This document shows positions 20,061 to 29,496 of a DNA stretch of 64,000 nucleotides, one piece after another (within the stretch, counting starts at the first letter, position 1; every line of letters begins with the position of its first letter). The DNA is taken from positions 544,001 to 608,000 of the forward strand of contig CAVVUN010000002.1 of assembly GCA_963751455.1 (NCBI GenBank). The letters run 5' to 3'. The notes under the pieces were generated by a model. That model was not told where the DNA came from, did no database searches, and saw only the letters and a program-made list of their open reading frames with translations. The stretch comes from Nitrospirota bacterium (GTDB lineage Bacteria > Nitrospirota > UBA9217). The position numbers and the translations under genes were made by a program.

Positions 20061-20996
20061 ATGGCAAATGTATATACCGGTGTAGAGCCGTATGCCTATG
20101 AAGGGGGCGGCTTGTTCAGACGGGTGTCCTGGGGCGCTGTATTTGCAGGGCTCGTCGTTGCGCTCGTGATCACATTATTGCTCAGCCTGCTCGGTATCGG
20201 AATCGGGCTTGGAGCAATTAACCCGGCAACCGAAGAGAACCCCCTCGGCGGAATGGGGATTGGTTCAGCAATCTGGCTGGCGATCACGACATTAATCGCG
20301 CTGTTTCTGGGAGGGTGGACGACGGCGAAGCTGGCCGGTTCTGTCCGGGGACTTAACGGAATTCTGCATAGCATCGTGATGTGGGGGTTAGTTACTCTCG
20401 TTTCATTTTATCTGATGACCACCGCCATTGGCGCATTGATCAGCGGAGTTGCGGGTGTCGTGGGCAAGGGTATTTCAGCTGTTTCAGGCGGTGTTGCAGC
20501 AGTTGCACCTGAGGCGGGAGAAAAGATAAAGCAGGAGCTGGCCCAGAGAGGTATCACGGTGGATAAGATGATGAATGAGGCGAAGCAGATGATGCGTCAG
20601 AGCCGCGGCGCCGGAGCAGGAGGAGGAGCAGCTGATACGGCCGACCAGGATTTGAAGCAATCGCTTCAGAGAATATTCTCCAGCGGTCAGACGTCCGTCA
20701 GTCCGGCTGACAGGGACGCTCTCGTTAACGCCCTCACGGCGCGTACGAATATGAGCCGGCCGGAAGCCGAGAATAGAGTGGACGGCTGGATTCAGCAGTA
20801 TCAACAGGCGGCACAGGGTGCTCAACAGACCAAACAGCAAGCGCTGCAGAAGACCGAGCAGGCTATGGACGCCTTATCAAAAGCCGGAATCTGGTTGTTC
20901 ATTCTTCTGGTACTTGAAGCAGGCGCAGCAGCTCTCGGAGGCTGGCTGGGAGCGAGCAGGGAAGAGTACCCGGGTACCACAACGGCTGCACGGTAA
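20061..20996 (+). CDS. Membrane protein, YrzE/PhnA-like stress family
   Basis: RVSWGAVFAG, several TM helices, LTARTNMSRPEAE helical region; AGGAGG RBS. Confidence 0.75.
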   Translation: MANVYTGVEPYAYEGGGLFRRVSWGAVFAGLVVALVITLLLSLLGIGIGLGAINPATEENPLGGMGIGSAIWLAITTLIALFLGGWTTAKLAGSVRGLNGILHSIVMWGLVTLVSFYLMTTAIGALISGVAGVVGKGISAVSGGVAAVAPEAGEKIKQELAQRGITVDKMMNEAKQMMRQSRGAGAGGGAADTADQDLKQSLQRIFSSGQTSVSPADRDALVNALTARTNMSRPEAENRVDGWIQQYQQAAQGAQQTKQQALQKTEQAMDALSKAGIWLFILLVLEAGAAALGGWLGASREEYPGTTTAAR

Positions 20997-21023
20997 CCTT
21001 TTCTGTCACAATCTGCACTTAGT

Positions 21024-21060
21024 AAAAGAGCAGTTCAAGTCCTCGAACTGCTCTTTTTTT
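21024..21060 (+). terminator. Intrinsic terminator
   Basis: aaaagagcagttc / gaactgctctttt stem plus T7 tract. Confidence 0.8.
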
Positions 21061-21412
21061 GAAGCACTTCATTAGAAAACTTCGAACAAAACATTTCAAT
21101 GCCGCCGCTAAGGATCCAGTTTTGTATTTTCGGAAAAAATTATCGCTCGGATAGTGGCTTCTCTAAAAGCCTTCTTTCAATCTGAGTCCATCTTTAGCAG
21201 TCTTTACGAGGCTGCTTCCCGGTGCTAAGGTTTATAAATAAGAGTCCAAGGCTCTTTTGCAGTTTTGCTGAGACGGGACGGGAAACAAACTGTATATTCC
21301 GTTCAAAGCAAACGATCAACGGCGTGACGGTTTTCAGCAAATCGGGTACAGGAATGTCAAACGCTGCGCATCGCCGGAATCACGAAAACCAGGCGGAGAG
21401 CAGGAGGAACAT

Positions 21413-22315
21413 ATGGTTCAGGTCGGAATAGTATTCGCGATATCAATCGTGATGTACGGCGGGTTCAGCCAGGCCGCCGAACAAAAAACGGATACTGAGT
21501 TGATTAAAACGCTGATGAGCAAGTCCGGGATGAGCACGCAGCTGGAACAAATGCCCGAACTGGTCAAAGCGGGTATGATGGAGGCGAACAAGGAAACCGA
21601 GGCGTTGTCGCCCGAAGCCTTGACAGAGGTGAGCGGAATGGCTGCCATGGCATTCGATCCGGTGAGACTGCAGGCGATCGTTCAGCAATATATGCAGACG
21701 AATCTGGACGAGCACGATACACGGCAAGCGCTTGCCTGGCTGGGTTCTCCGATGGGAGAAAAGATCACGAGGCTTGAAGAAAAAGCGGCTACCCCCGAGG
21801 GGTACGCCGACATGTTCAAGATGGCGGACCAATTGGTAGCAAACACCGCACGGGTCGAACTGATAAAAAAACTGGACAATGCGGTAAAGGCCACGGAAAC
21901 TGCCGTTTCGATGGCAATCAATACGCAAGCGGCATTGATAGCCGGACTGACCAGCGCGATGAAACCGGACAGCCGGCCGTCCATGGAGGCCATCGAAAAC
22001 GAAGTTGCAAAGAATAAAGAGCAGATCCGCTCCGAAATCGAACCCCGCACAATCCTCATGTTTTTGTATTCCTACCGGGAGCTGAACGATGCGGAAATCG
22101 GGCAGTATCTTAAATTTGCCGAGTCGAATTCAGGGAAAAAATATCATGAGACCATGTCGAATGGCTTCGATAATGCGCTTGCTCGCGCCGCAAGGGCGCT
22201 GGGAGTACAAATAGAGCATGGAGCAGGTCAGGAAGTGAAGGATACCAAAAAGAAGAAGAGCACTACCGCGAGAAAAGTGACACAGCCTGGTTTCCTTGAC
22301 ATTTTTGGCGGCTAG
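21413..22315 (+). CDS. Exported helical protein, DUF2059-like
   Basis: Signal peptide; two S.xG.K repeats; YRELNDAEIGQY. Confidence 0.7.
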   Translation: MVQVGIVFAISIVMYGGFSQAAEQKTDTELIKTLMSKSGMSTQLEQMPELVKAGMMEANKETEALSPEALTEVSGMAAMAFDPVRLQAIVQQYMQTNLDEHDTRQALAWLGSPMGEKITRLEEKAATPEGYADMFKMADQLVANTARVELIKKLDNAVKATETAVSMAINTQAALIAGLTSAMKPDSRPSMEAIENEVAKNKEQIRSEIEPRTILMFLYSYRELNDAEIGQYLKFAESNSGKKYHETMSNGFDNALARAARALGVQIEHGAGQEVKDTKKKKSTTARKVTQPGFLDIFGG

Positions 22316-22354
22316 TCGCTATATTAAAGATGGGAGAACCTGGAGATTGAACTG

Positions 22355-22513
22355 ATGCCACATTAAATGCCCCGTATGCGGCATGGAGGTAAGCGAGGAA
22401 TCGGCGCTGAGGCCGTCTCTCACGGCGCGACTTATTATTTCTGCAGCGAAGAAGATAAAAAAGAATTTCAGAAGCATCCGTTGATGTATCTGAGGAAGCA
22501 AAAAGCGGCGTAA
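22355..22513 (+). pseudogene. YHS-domain protein, frameshifted
   Basis: KCPVCGMEV in one frame; the ATG and TYYFCSEEDKKEFQKHPLMY..* in another. Confidence 0.65.
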
Positions 22514-22681
22514 AACGGGGTAGAGACTTTTATCCGGACATCGGCGAGGTGTCCGGATTTTTTTTTGATTGAGGAAGTCGCTTTCTTTTGATTATGACGC
22601 GACTCAATTCCCGTCAACCGAAGCAATTCACCATGTCGACTCAAAAACGGGACCCCCCGGACGCCGGAAAGGAGAACAATC

Positions 22682-23122
22682 ATGGATGTAATAGAACTGC
22701 TTACACAAGACCATGAAAGAGTGCTTGCGCTGTTTGAACAGTTCGACAATCTGAAGGAACAGCCCGAGCAAAATAGAGGCAAACTCGAAAAGCTTTTTTC
22801 AAAGATCAAGTTCGAACTGGAGCAGCACACTTTCGCCGAGGAACAATATTTTTACCCCGAACTCGAGAATGATGAAGAAACCCGCGACCTGATCGCGAAA
22901 TCGCTTAAAGAGCACCAGAATATAAAGTCGATGCTGGCGGAACTCGACAATGAAAAGGTCAATCACCAATGGATTGCCAGGCTGTCGGACATGGGGGAAA
23001 AGGTAATGCACCATATCGGAGAAGAAGAGAATGACTTGTTTGAAAAAACAGTGGAAATCCTGGACGAAGACGAGATCAACAAGATCGGTGACAGCATCCA
23101 GCAACTAAAAAAAGCGGCATGA
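22682..23122 (+). CDS. Hemerythrin/HHE domain protein
   Basis: DH, HTFAEEQYFYP, EH, HHIGEEENDLF. Confidence 0.9.
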   Translation: MDVIELLTQDHERVLALFEQFDNLKEQPEQNRGKLEKLFSKIKFELEQHTFAEEQYFYPELENDEETRDLIAKSLKEHQNIKSMLAELDNEKVNHQWIARLSDMGEKVMHHIGEEENDLFEKTVEILDEDEINKIGDSIQQLKKAA

Positions 23123-23130
23123 AATCGAGC

Positions 23131-23168
23131 GGGAGGCAGCGTCGTAGTAATCACTGCCTCCCTTTTTT
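23131..23168 (+). terminator. Intrinsic terminator
   Basis: gggaggcag / ctgcctccc plus T tract. Confidence 0.7.
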
Positions 23169-23246
23169 CTGCGTTGCATTGTCGTCCGCTTTTATCTCAT
23201 TTCTGCCATCTTTTTCACACTGCTTGATTCCATTCATTCAGCGAGC

Positions 23247-24992
23247 TTACCGTCGAAGCCTGTGACGATCATCCTCAGAATACTTTGATTTTTTCTCCTC
23301 GTACATCAACGTGTCGGCATGCGAAATGAGGTCATCAAGTGAACAAGGCTTCTGGGGGTCATAGTTTATGATGCCGGCGCTGATCGAAAGAGAAAAGCGC
23401 AGCCCAGGCCGCGCATTCCGCGCGCTGATGCGCTCGTGCAGACGCTTGAGGATGGCCTTCTCCTCTTCGGTCCCGGCGCTCTGTTCCAGTGCAAGGACCG
23501 CAAACTCATCTCCGCCGAGCCGGCCGATGATGTCTGATTCCCGGAATAATTCCTTCAGGACTGAAGCCGTTTCAACAAGCGCCAAATCGCCCCCGGGATG
23601 GCCGAGCGCATCGTTAATTTTTTTCATCCCGTCAAGGTCCACGAAAAGGAGGAGAAAGCCTTTGCCCGTCCTGTTCGCAACTTTCATCTGCTGCTTTGCA
23701 AGGGAGAAAAAGCCGCGCCGGTTCAGCAGACCGGTCAATTCATCGGTCGTCGAGAGGGAGACAAGCTTTTCCTCGACGTTCTTGCGGTCCTGAACGTCGT
23801 AACAGGAGCTGATATATCCGCTGAAATTGCCGTCAAGATCATTGAAGGGCCTGGCTGATTCAACGAGCCATCGGTACTCGTTCTTGCGGTTTTGCAATCG
23901 GTATTCGGTCACGTACGGCGAGCGGGTCTTGAATGATGCCACCCGTATCTTGCTGAAGCGGTTTCGGTCGTCGGGATGGATTCCCCCGGTCCACGGCTCA
24001 TCGAGCTCGTCCTTGAGAGACCGCCCCCTGAACTCGAGCCACGCCCTGTTGAAGTAATCGCTCCTTCCATCGGCTGCGGTTCGCCTGATCGGATTGGGCA
24101 GTTCGTCGATGAGCGAAAGGTAAAAGTTGCGCGATTTTACGATGGTCTCCTCGGCACGCTTTCTATCGGTAATGTCCTCGATCATGCGGATCGTGTAAAG
24201 CGGCTCGCCGCTGTTGTCCGGTATAACTGATACCGCCAGCAGCCCCCAGACGGTACTGCCGTCTTTCTTCAGGCAGCGTATCGCCAAATGGTAATTGTCG
24301 CGCTTCCGGGAGAGAAGTTCCTGGAGCCAGTTATCGTCGGTCTCGCGGTCTTCAACATGTGTGAAATCAATGAAAGGCCTGCCTGCTATCTCCTTCTCGG
24401 TATACCCGAGCATCTTTTGGAGCGCCTCGTTGCTCTCGATTACCCGGCCGCTGGTATCGACCATGGCGATCCCAAAGCCTGCTTTCCGGAAGAGGGCACG
24501 AAACCTGGACTCCGACCTCCACAATTCCTCTTCAACTGCCTTTCGCCTGCCGATGTCCCGGATGGTGTACTGAAGGACCTTTTCGCTTCCGAAGGAATGT
24601 GCTGTAGCGATCACCTCTACCGAGAGTACCGTACCATCCGCCTGCTGCAGAGGCAGATCGTCGTAGTAAATATGGTCCTGCTCACGCAGTTCCTTGAAAA
24701 TAACAAAGATCGCGTCGGTCTTTTGAAAAGCGTCTATCTCCCACAATGTTCTGCCAGGAAGCAAATCGCCCCTCCGGCCTGTCATTTCGAGGAACGCCTG
24801 GTTCATCTCGATGATAGCCCCAGTCGCTGCCGCTACGAGTACGATTCCGTCCCTGGCCGACTCGAACAAAGCGCGATAGCGCTGTTCGTCCGCACACCGG
24901 TCGGTACAAGTCTGCTCGAGGTGGGCAATGCGTCTCCGCAGCTCTGCCGCCTCGGCAATCAACAGCTCCTTCGATTTATTGGTTTCTTCCAT
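23247..24992 (-). CDS. Multi-PAS diguanylate cyclase
   Basis: Three PAS/PAC repeats; DELTGLLNRR, RESD I-site, GGDEF. Confidence 0.93.
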   Translation of the reverse strand: MEETNKSKELLIAEAAELRRRIAHLEQTCTDRCADEQRYRALFESARDGIVLVAAATGAIIEMNQAFLEMTGRRGDLLPGRTLWEIDAFQKTDAIFVIFKELREQDHIYYDDLPLQQADGTVLSVEVIATAHSFGSEKVLQYTIRDIGRRKAVEEELWRSESRFRALFRKAGFGIAMVDTSGRVIESNEALQKMLGYTEKEIAGRPFIDFTHVEDRETDDNWLQELLSRKRDNYHLAIRCLKKDGSTVWGLLAVSVIPDNSGEPLYTIRMIEDITDRKRAEETIVKSRNFYLSLIDELPNPIRRTAADGRSDYFNRAWLEFRGRSLKDELDEPWTGGIHPDDRNRFSKIRVASFKTRSPYVTEYRLQNRKNEYRWLVESARPFNDLDGNFSGYISSCYDVQDRKNVEEKLVSLSTTDELTGLLNRRGFFSLAKQQMKVANRTGKGFLLLFVDLDGMKKINDALGHPGGDLALVETASVLKELFRESDIIGRLGGDEFAVLALEQSAGTEEEKAILKRLHERISARNARPGLRFSLSISAGIINYDPQKPCSLDDLISHADTLMYEEKKSKYSEDDRHRLRR

Positions 24993-25304
24993 GTCCCGGC
25001 CTTCAATGGAAACAGGAAAAATAACGAGCATCGAACCGCGGCCCAGGGTTATACCCGGCCAAAAGATCAGACTGGTTCGTTTCTCAATCCTTATTATCAT
25101 AGGCAAAAGGACTGAGAAAGTCAAATCCATGAACTTCTTTCAGACTGACTCCGGGTTGAAACATATTGCTTTATCCTGTCCCATGATTTATAATCTGCCC
25201 CGTTGGAGCTCGTTATCCGTTTTTGTCCCTTTTTTTCCTGGATCAGGTCTGAAACAAAATGGCTGATACCGTAGATCTCTAACGCGAAAAAAGGAGGTCC
25301 ACTC

Positions 25305-27200
25305 TTGGCAACGACCTATACGGCAAAAGACATTACCGTACTGGAAGGGCTTGAACCGGTCCGTAAGCGGCCGGCCATGTACATCGGGTCCACCGACGCT
25401 CGAGGACTGCACCATCTTGTCTGGGAAACACTGGACAACGCGGTGGATGAGGCGCTCAACGGATACTGTACGGCCATCACGCTCACCCTTGAAAAGGACG
25501 GGGGAGTGACGGTCGTGGACAATGGCCGCGGCATACCGGTAGACATCCATCCGAAAACCAAGCGTCCGGCTATTGAGACGATCCTGTGCACGCTCCATGC
25601 CGGCGGAAAGTTCGACCATACGGCCTATAAATCCTCGGGCGGTCTTCACGGGGTCGGGGCCTCCGTCGTAAATGCGCTCGCGGAACTGTTCATCGCCACG
25701 GTGTGGAGGGACGGGTACGAATGGATCCAGGAGTTCTCGCGCGGCAAGCCGAAAGGAGCGCTCAAAAAAGGGAAACCGACAAAGGCCCACGGCACCCGTA
25801 TCTACTTCCGTCCCGATCCCGACGTCTTCTCCAAGAGCCACTTCAACTACAAGACCATCCTCGAAGTTGCCGAGAGCAAGGCCTTCCTGAACAAGGGGCT
25901 CAAAATCACGATCGAAAACACGCGGGATGGAGAAAAGCCCGTTGCCTTCAAATACGAGAACGGAATCCAGGACTATATCAAGAGGATCGTCCAGGGAACG
26001 ACCGTCGTCAACACCGATGCCTTCTATTATGAAAAGGAAGACGATTTCAAGATCGAATGCGCGATTCATTGGACCATTGCGACCGATATGGAAATACACT
26101 CATACGCCAATTCGATCAATACCTCGGACGGCGGCACCCATGAACTGGCGGTGCGATCAGGACTTACCAAAGCGGTGCGTGCATATGCCGAGCGCAAGAA
26201 CCTTATTCCAAAAAACCTGAAAACGATCGCGCCCGAGGATGTGTACGAGGGACTTTACGGGATCGTAAGCGTGCTCATCAAGAACCCGCAGTTCCAGGGT
26301 CAGACCAAGGAGAAGCTGAACAATCCGGAGATTTCCTCGCCGATCGAAAGCTCGATCAAAAACGCCTGCGAGGCGTATATGCTGGCGAACCCTACCATGG
26401 CGGACGCAATCGTCAGGCGCGTCCTCCTTGCGACGGAAGCGCGACTGGCGTCGCGTGCGGCGAAAGATAATGTGACCAGAAAGCTGTCGTCTCTGAAACT
26501 GAATCTGCCGGGAAAGCTCGCGGATTGTTCATCCAATAAAATAGAAGAGACTGAGCTTTTCATCGTGGAAGGCGATTCTGCAGGAGGGTCCGCGAAGATG
26601 GCAAGGGACCGCAAAACGCAGGCGGTGCTTTCGCTTCGCGGCAAGATACTCAATGTAGAGCAGGTCGCTTCGCTCGAAAGGATCCAGCAGAACACCGAAA
26701 TCAAGAACCTGCTCGCCACGCTCGGCTGCGGGGTCGGAGCTCACTTTGATCTCAATAAGCTGCGGTACCAGCGGGTAATTCTCATGACCGACGCGGATGT
26801 CGACGGGGCCCATATCAGCGTGCTGCTGCTTACCTTCATCTACCGGCATATGCCGGACCTTATAACCCACGGCCACGTGCACCTCGCCATGCCGCCGCTG
26901 TACAAAATCGAGGCGGGAAAAGAAGTCTTCTATGCCATGGACGAGATGGAAAAAGAGAAGGTGCTCGCAAAACTGAACGGCAGGAAGGTAGAAGTTGGAC
27001 GATTTAAAGGTCTAGGTGAAATGAATCCCGAGACGCTGAAGGAAACTACGATGAACCCGAAGACAAGGTCGCTCATGAAGGTGCAGGTCGTGGATCACAA
27101 GGCCACAGGCGACGTTTTTGAGCGGCTCATGGGCAAGGATCCGAAAGCACGGTTCATATTCATAAAAGAACGCGCTGAATTTGCAGAATTAGATATTTAA
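25305..27200 (+). CDS. parE: Type IIA topoisomerase B subunit (ParE-like)
   Basis: EGLEPVRKRPAMYIG, GLHGVG, EGDSAGG, RGKILN, TDADVDG, RFKGLGEM; 631 aa; ParE vs GyrB is not certain. Confidence 0.75.
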   Translation: MATTYTAKDITVLEGLEPVRKRPAMYIGSTDARGLHHLVWETLDNAVDEALNGYCTAITLTLEKDGGVTVVDNGRGIPVDIHPKTKRPAIETILCTLHAGGKFDHTAYKSSGGLHGVGASVVNALAELFIATVWRDGYEWIQEFSRGKPKGALKKGKPTKAHGTRIYFRPDPDVFSKSHFNYKTILEVAESKAFLNKGLKITIENTRDGEKPVAFKYENGIQDYIKRIVQGTTVVNTDAFYYEKEDDFKIECAIHWTIATDMEIHSYANSINTSDGGTHELAVRSGLTKAVRAYAERKNLIPKNLKTIAPEDVYEGLYGIVSVLIKNPQFQGQTKEKLNNPEISSPIESSIKNACEAYMLANPTMADAIVRRVLLATEARLASRAAKDNVTRKLSSLKLNLPGKLADCSSNKIEETELFIVEGDSAGGSAKMARDRKTQAVLSLRGKILNVEQVASLERIQQNTEIKNLLATLGCGVGAHFDLNKLRYQRVILMTDADVDGAHISVLLLTFIYRHMPDLITHGHVHLAMPPLYKIEAGKEVFYAMDEMEKEKVLAKLNGRKVEVGRFKGLGEMNPETLKETTMNPKTRSLMKVQVVDHKATGDVFERLMGKDPKARFIFIKERAEFAELDI

Positions 27201-27318
27201 GCTAAAAAGCCGCCGCTATATAAAGGTACTGACTAATCGAATTAATTGGGTAATTTATTGCCCAAAATAAGTGTTAAACCCCACATTTATTCGATACATG
27301 CCTATATAATCTTTAAAA

Positions 27319-27353
27319 AATCAATGAGTTAATTTTTGGCATAAATAATGCTT
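27319..27353 (+). promoter_or_regulatory. IHF site plus sigma54 promoter upstream of the pilus operon
   Basis: AATCAATGAGTTA (WATCAANNNNTTR) at 27319-27331; TGGCATAAATAATGC with GG-N10-GC at 27337-27351. Confidence 0.6.
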
Positions 27354-27413
27354 ATTAAGTATTATTAATACTTTTTTTAATAGTAAAGTCGCTTTTAAAG
27401 TGGTAATATTCAC

Positions 27414-27443
27414 TTGACTTTACTGATAAAATGGTTGTATGAT
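27414..27443 (+). promoter_or_regulatory. Possible sigma70 promoter of the pilus operon
   Basis: TTGACT-N18-TATGAT. Confidence 0.45.
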
Positions 27444-27677
27444 TTGTTTAACAATAAAAAATAGTAAATCAAAAAAAATTAGGTAAAAAGGCGCAGCGAC
27501 GTATCCGGAAATCGAAATGCAATGGTAATTCAGAAAGGAGGCTGACTATAGGAGACGCAAACTTATAAGGCAGAAAAAAATCTGCTTCAGATTTTAAAAA
27601 ATGCTAGCTAATTTTTTTTATCAAGCCTGGCCAAATATGCCTGGCCGGGAGTAAATCCCGGAGGCAAAAAGGAGGAA

Positions 27678-28175
27678 ATGGAAATGAAGAAGAATATATT
27701 TTTAGTAATGGCGGCAATGACCCTGGTTATTGCCATGGCGGCGGGCGCGTATGCTGTAACAGTAACACAGGGTGTCAATGCAACTGCTACAGTTGTAGCG
27801 ACTTGTGAATTTACCGCAGGGGGACCATTAGCTTTCGGTAACGTTGATGACGGTACAAGTGCCCAAGGACCTATAGACACTGCTAATGATGGCGGGCTGC
27901 TACTTACGTGTACCCTGAATTCTGGTCCTTATGATTTATACCACGACGGCGCCAACGACGTGGCTTTACATGGCCAAAAGCGCCTTACTGATGGGACAAA
28001 CTACATCAATTATGAACTCCGGGACGGAGCGGCTGCTCTAGCAAACCCGCTATCTGTCACTGGTAACGGCGCAACTGATATTTTGAGTTTCATAGCAAGA
28101 ATCCCCACAAACGCAGTAAATGAAACACCTGCAGGCGCCTACTCGGATACTATTACGTTCACAATTGCCTATTAG
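27678..28175 (+). CDS. Csu/spore-coat-U type pilin (probable major subunit)
   Basis: Signal peptide, ATVVATC, second Cys in LTCT, AGAYSDTITFTIAY C-terminus; AAGGAGG RBS. Confidence 0.85.
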   Translation: MEMKKNIFLVMAAMTLVIAMAAGAYAVTVTQGVNATATVVATCEFTAGGPLAFGNVDDGTSAQGPIDTANDGGLLLTCTLNSGPYDLYHDGANDVALHGQKRLTDGTNYINYELRDGAAALANPLSVTGNGATDILSFIARIPTNAVNETPAGAYSDTITFTIAY

Positions 28176-28239
28176 CGCAGTTTATGATCATACAGATATA
28201 ATCTTTTAGTAAATCCGCCGTATTTGGAGGCGGTAAATT

Positions 28240-28707
28240 ATGAAGAGAATAGAATTAGTTGTTGTGGCTGCAATCGTAATTACCGTGGCCGCGGCCGGTG
28301 CGGCACATGCGGCGTCGTTGACACCGGCCGTGACCGCAACGGGAACGGTCGCGAGCACGTGCGCTTCGGCGGTCGGCGGAAACATTACCTTTCCCATAGA
28401 TCCGTCCTTGGCGGGGCCGATAACTTCTCAAACCACGGATGCGGGCAACGCTTCGCCGACGGTAAAGTGCACCAATGGGCAGGTCTATGCTGTATCATGC
28501 ACGTCGAGCGGAATATTAACGGTCGCTGATGACGGTGTTACCGATCCCATTAATTATTCGATCACCGGTTGCCCGGTGAATATCACCGGACAGGGGTTCG
28601 GGACGGCAACGGCGATAGATTTCGGTCTCTCACTTGCGGCGGTGGATTATCAGAATGCGCAAGTCGGCGCGCATTCCGACATTATAACGATAACCATCAC
28701 CTATTGA
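28240..28707 (+). CDS. Csu-type pilin subunit
   Basis: Signal peptide, GTVASTC, VKCT, GAHSDIITITITY. Confidence 0.82.
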   Translation: MKRIELVVVAAIVITVAAAGAAHAASLTPAVTATGTVASTCASAVGGNITFPIDPSLAGPITSQTTDAGNASPTVKCTNGQVYAVSCTSSGILTVADDGVTDPINYSITGCPVNITGQGFGTATAIDFGLSLAAVDYQNAQVGAHSDIITITITY

Positions 28708-28760
28708 GAGTTACTCGTCAAGGACCGACGCTGTCTTAACCTGAAAGCAGGGTGGCATGC

Positions 28761-29288
28761 ATGAAAAAAGTTTTATTCCTGGCTGCGGGGCTCGTCAGCG
28801 TCATCGCGGGAACAGCATCGGCGTCGACCCCATCGGGTTTTGCGTCAACGACCATAGCGTTAAGCGCCGAGGTCAGCAATGCGTGTCAGGAAGTTCAACA
28901 AGGCGCGTTTCCCAACCCGATCGTCATCGACCCGCAAACTGTGAACGATCAGACCGTTTCGCCGACCGCTGATGAGCAGGTGAGATGCACGAACGGCACG
29001 ATTTTTACGATCAAAGTGTCAAGCGGAAATGGATCTGCGGTAAATCAGACCTGCACCTCGGGCGGAATTAGCACCATGGCCCTTAAGTCCGCCAGGTCGC
29101 CGGCGGACGCAATACCCTATGTTTTTTTGTGCGCCGGCGACACCGACGGTTCAGGCCACTTTGTCGGGGCTGGTTTCAATACTCCCCGGTCCGTAGGCAT
29201 CAGCGTCAAGATATTGGCTGTATACGCTCAAAACGCGGTTGCGCACGCTGATTATTCGGACACCGTAACGCTGACGATTACTTACTAG
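28761..29288 (+). CDS. Csu-type pilin subunit
   Basis: Signal peptide, AEVSNAC, VRCT, DYSDTVTLTITY. Confidence 0.82.
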   Translation: MKKVLFLAAGLVSVIAGTASASTPSGFASTTIALSAEVSNACQEVQQGAFPNPIVIDPQTVNDQTVSPTADEQVRCTNGTIFTIKVSSGNGSAVNQTCTSGGISTMALKSARSPADAIPYVFLCAGDTDGSGHFVGAGFNTPRSVGISVKILAVYAQNAVAHADYSDTVTLTITY

Positions 29289-29496
29289 AGTTCAATTAAC
29301 CACCCCTGGATTTTTTAAGCCTGCGCACCGGCCTCTCCCCGTAAGGGGAAAGGGGCATGTTGAGAAAAAGTATATCTTCGAACGCGGCCTTGTCACCTGC
29401 CCGTTGCACAATATGTTTGCTTAAGGCTGCGTTTTTTATTATAATGAGGCTGCAGATGTGGCGACGTTGCTTTCCATAATGAACTGTACATGACTG

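Noticed and set aside
27480-27600. c-di-GMP-I riboswitch suggested by GACGCAAA upstream of the pilins
   Set aside because: No GGCAAAC..GAAA stem or second hairpin in the required arrangement
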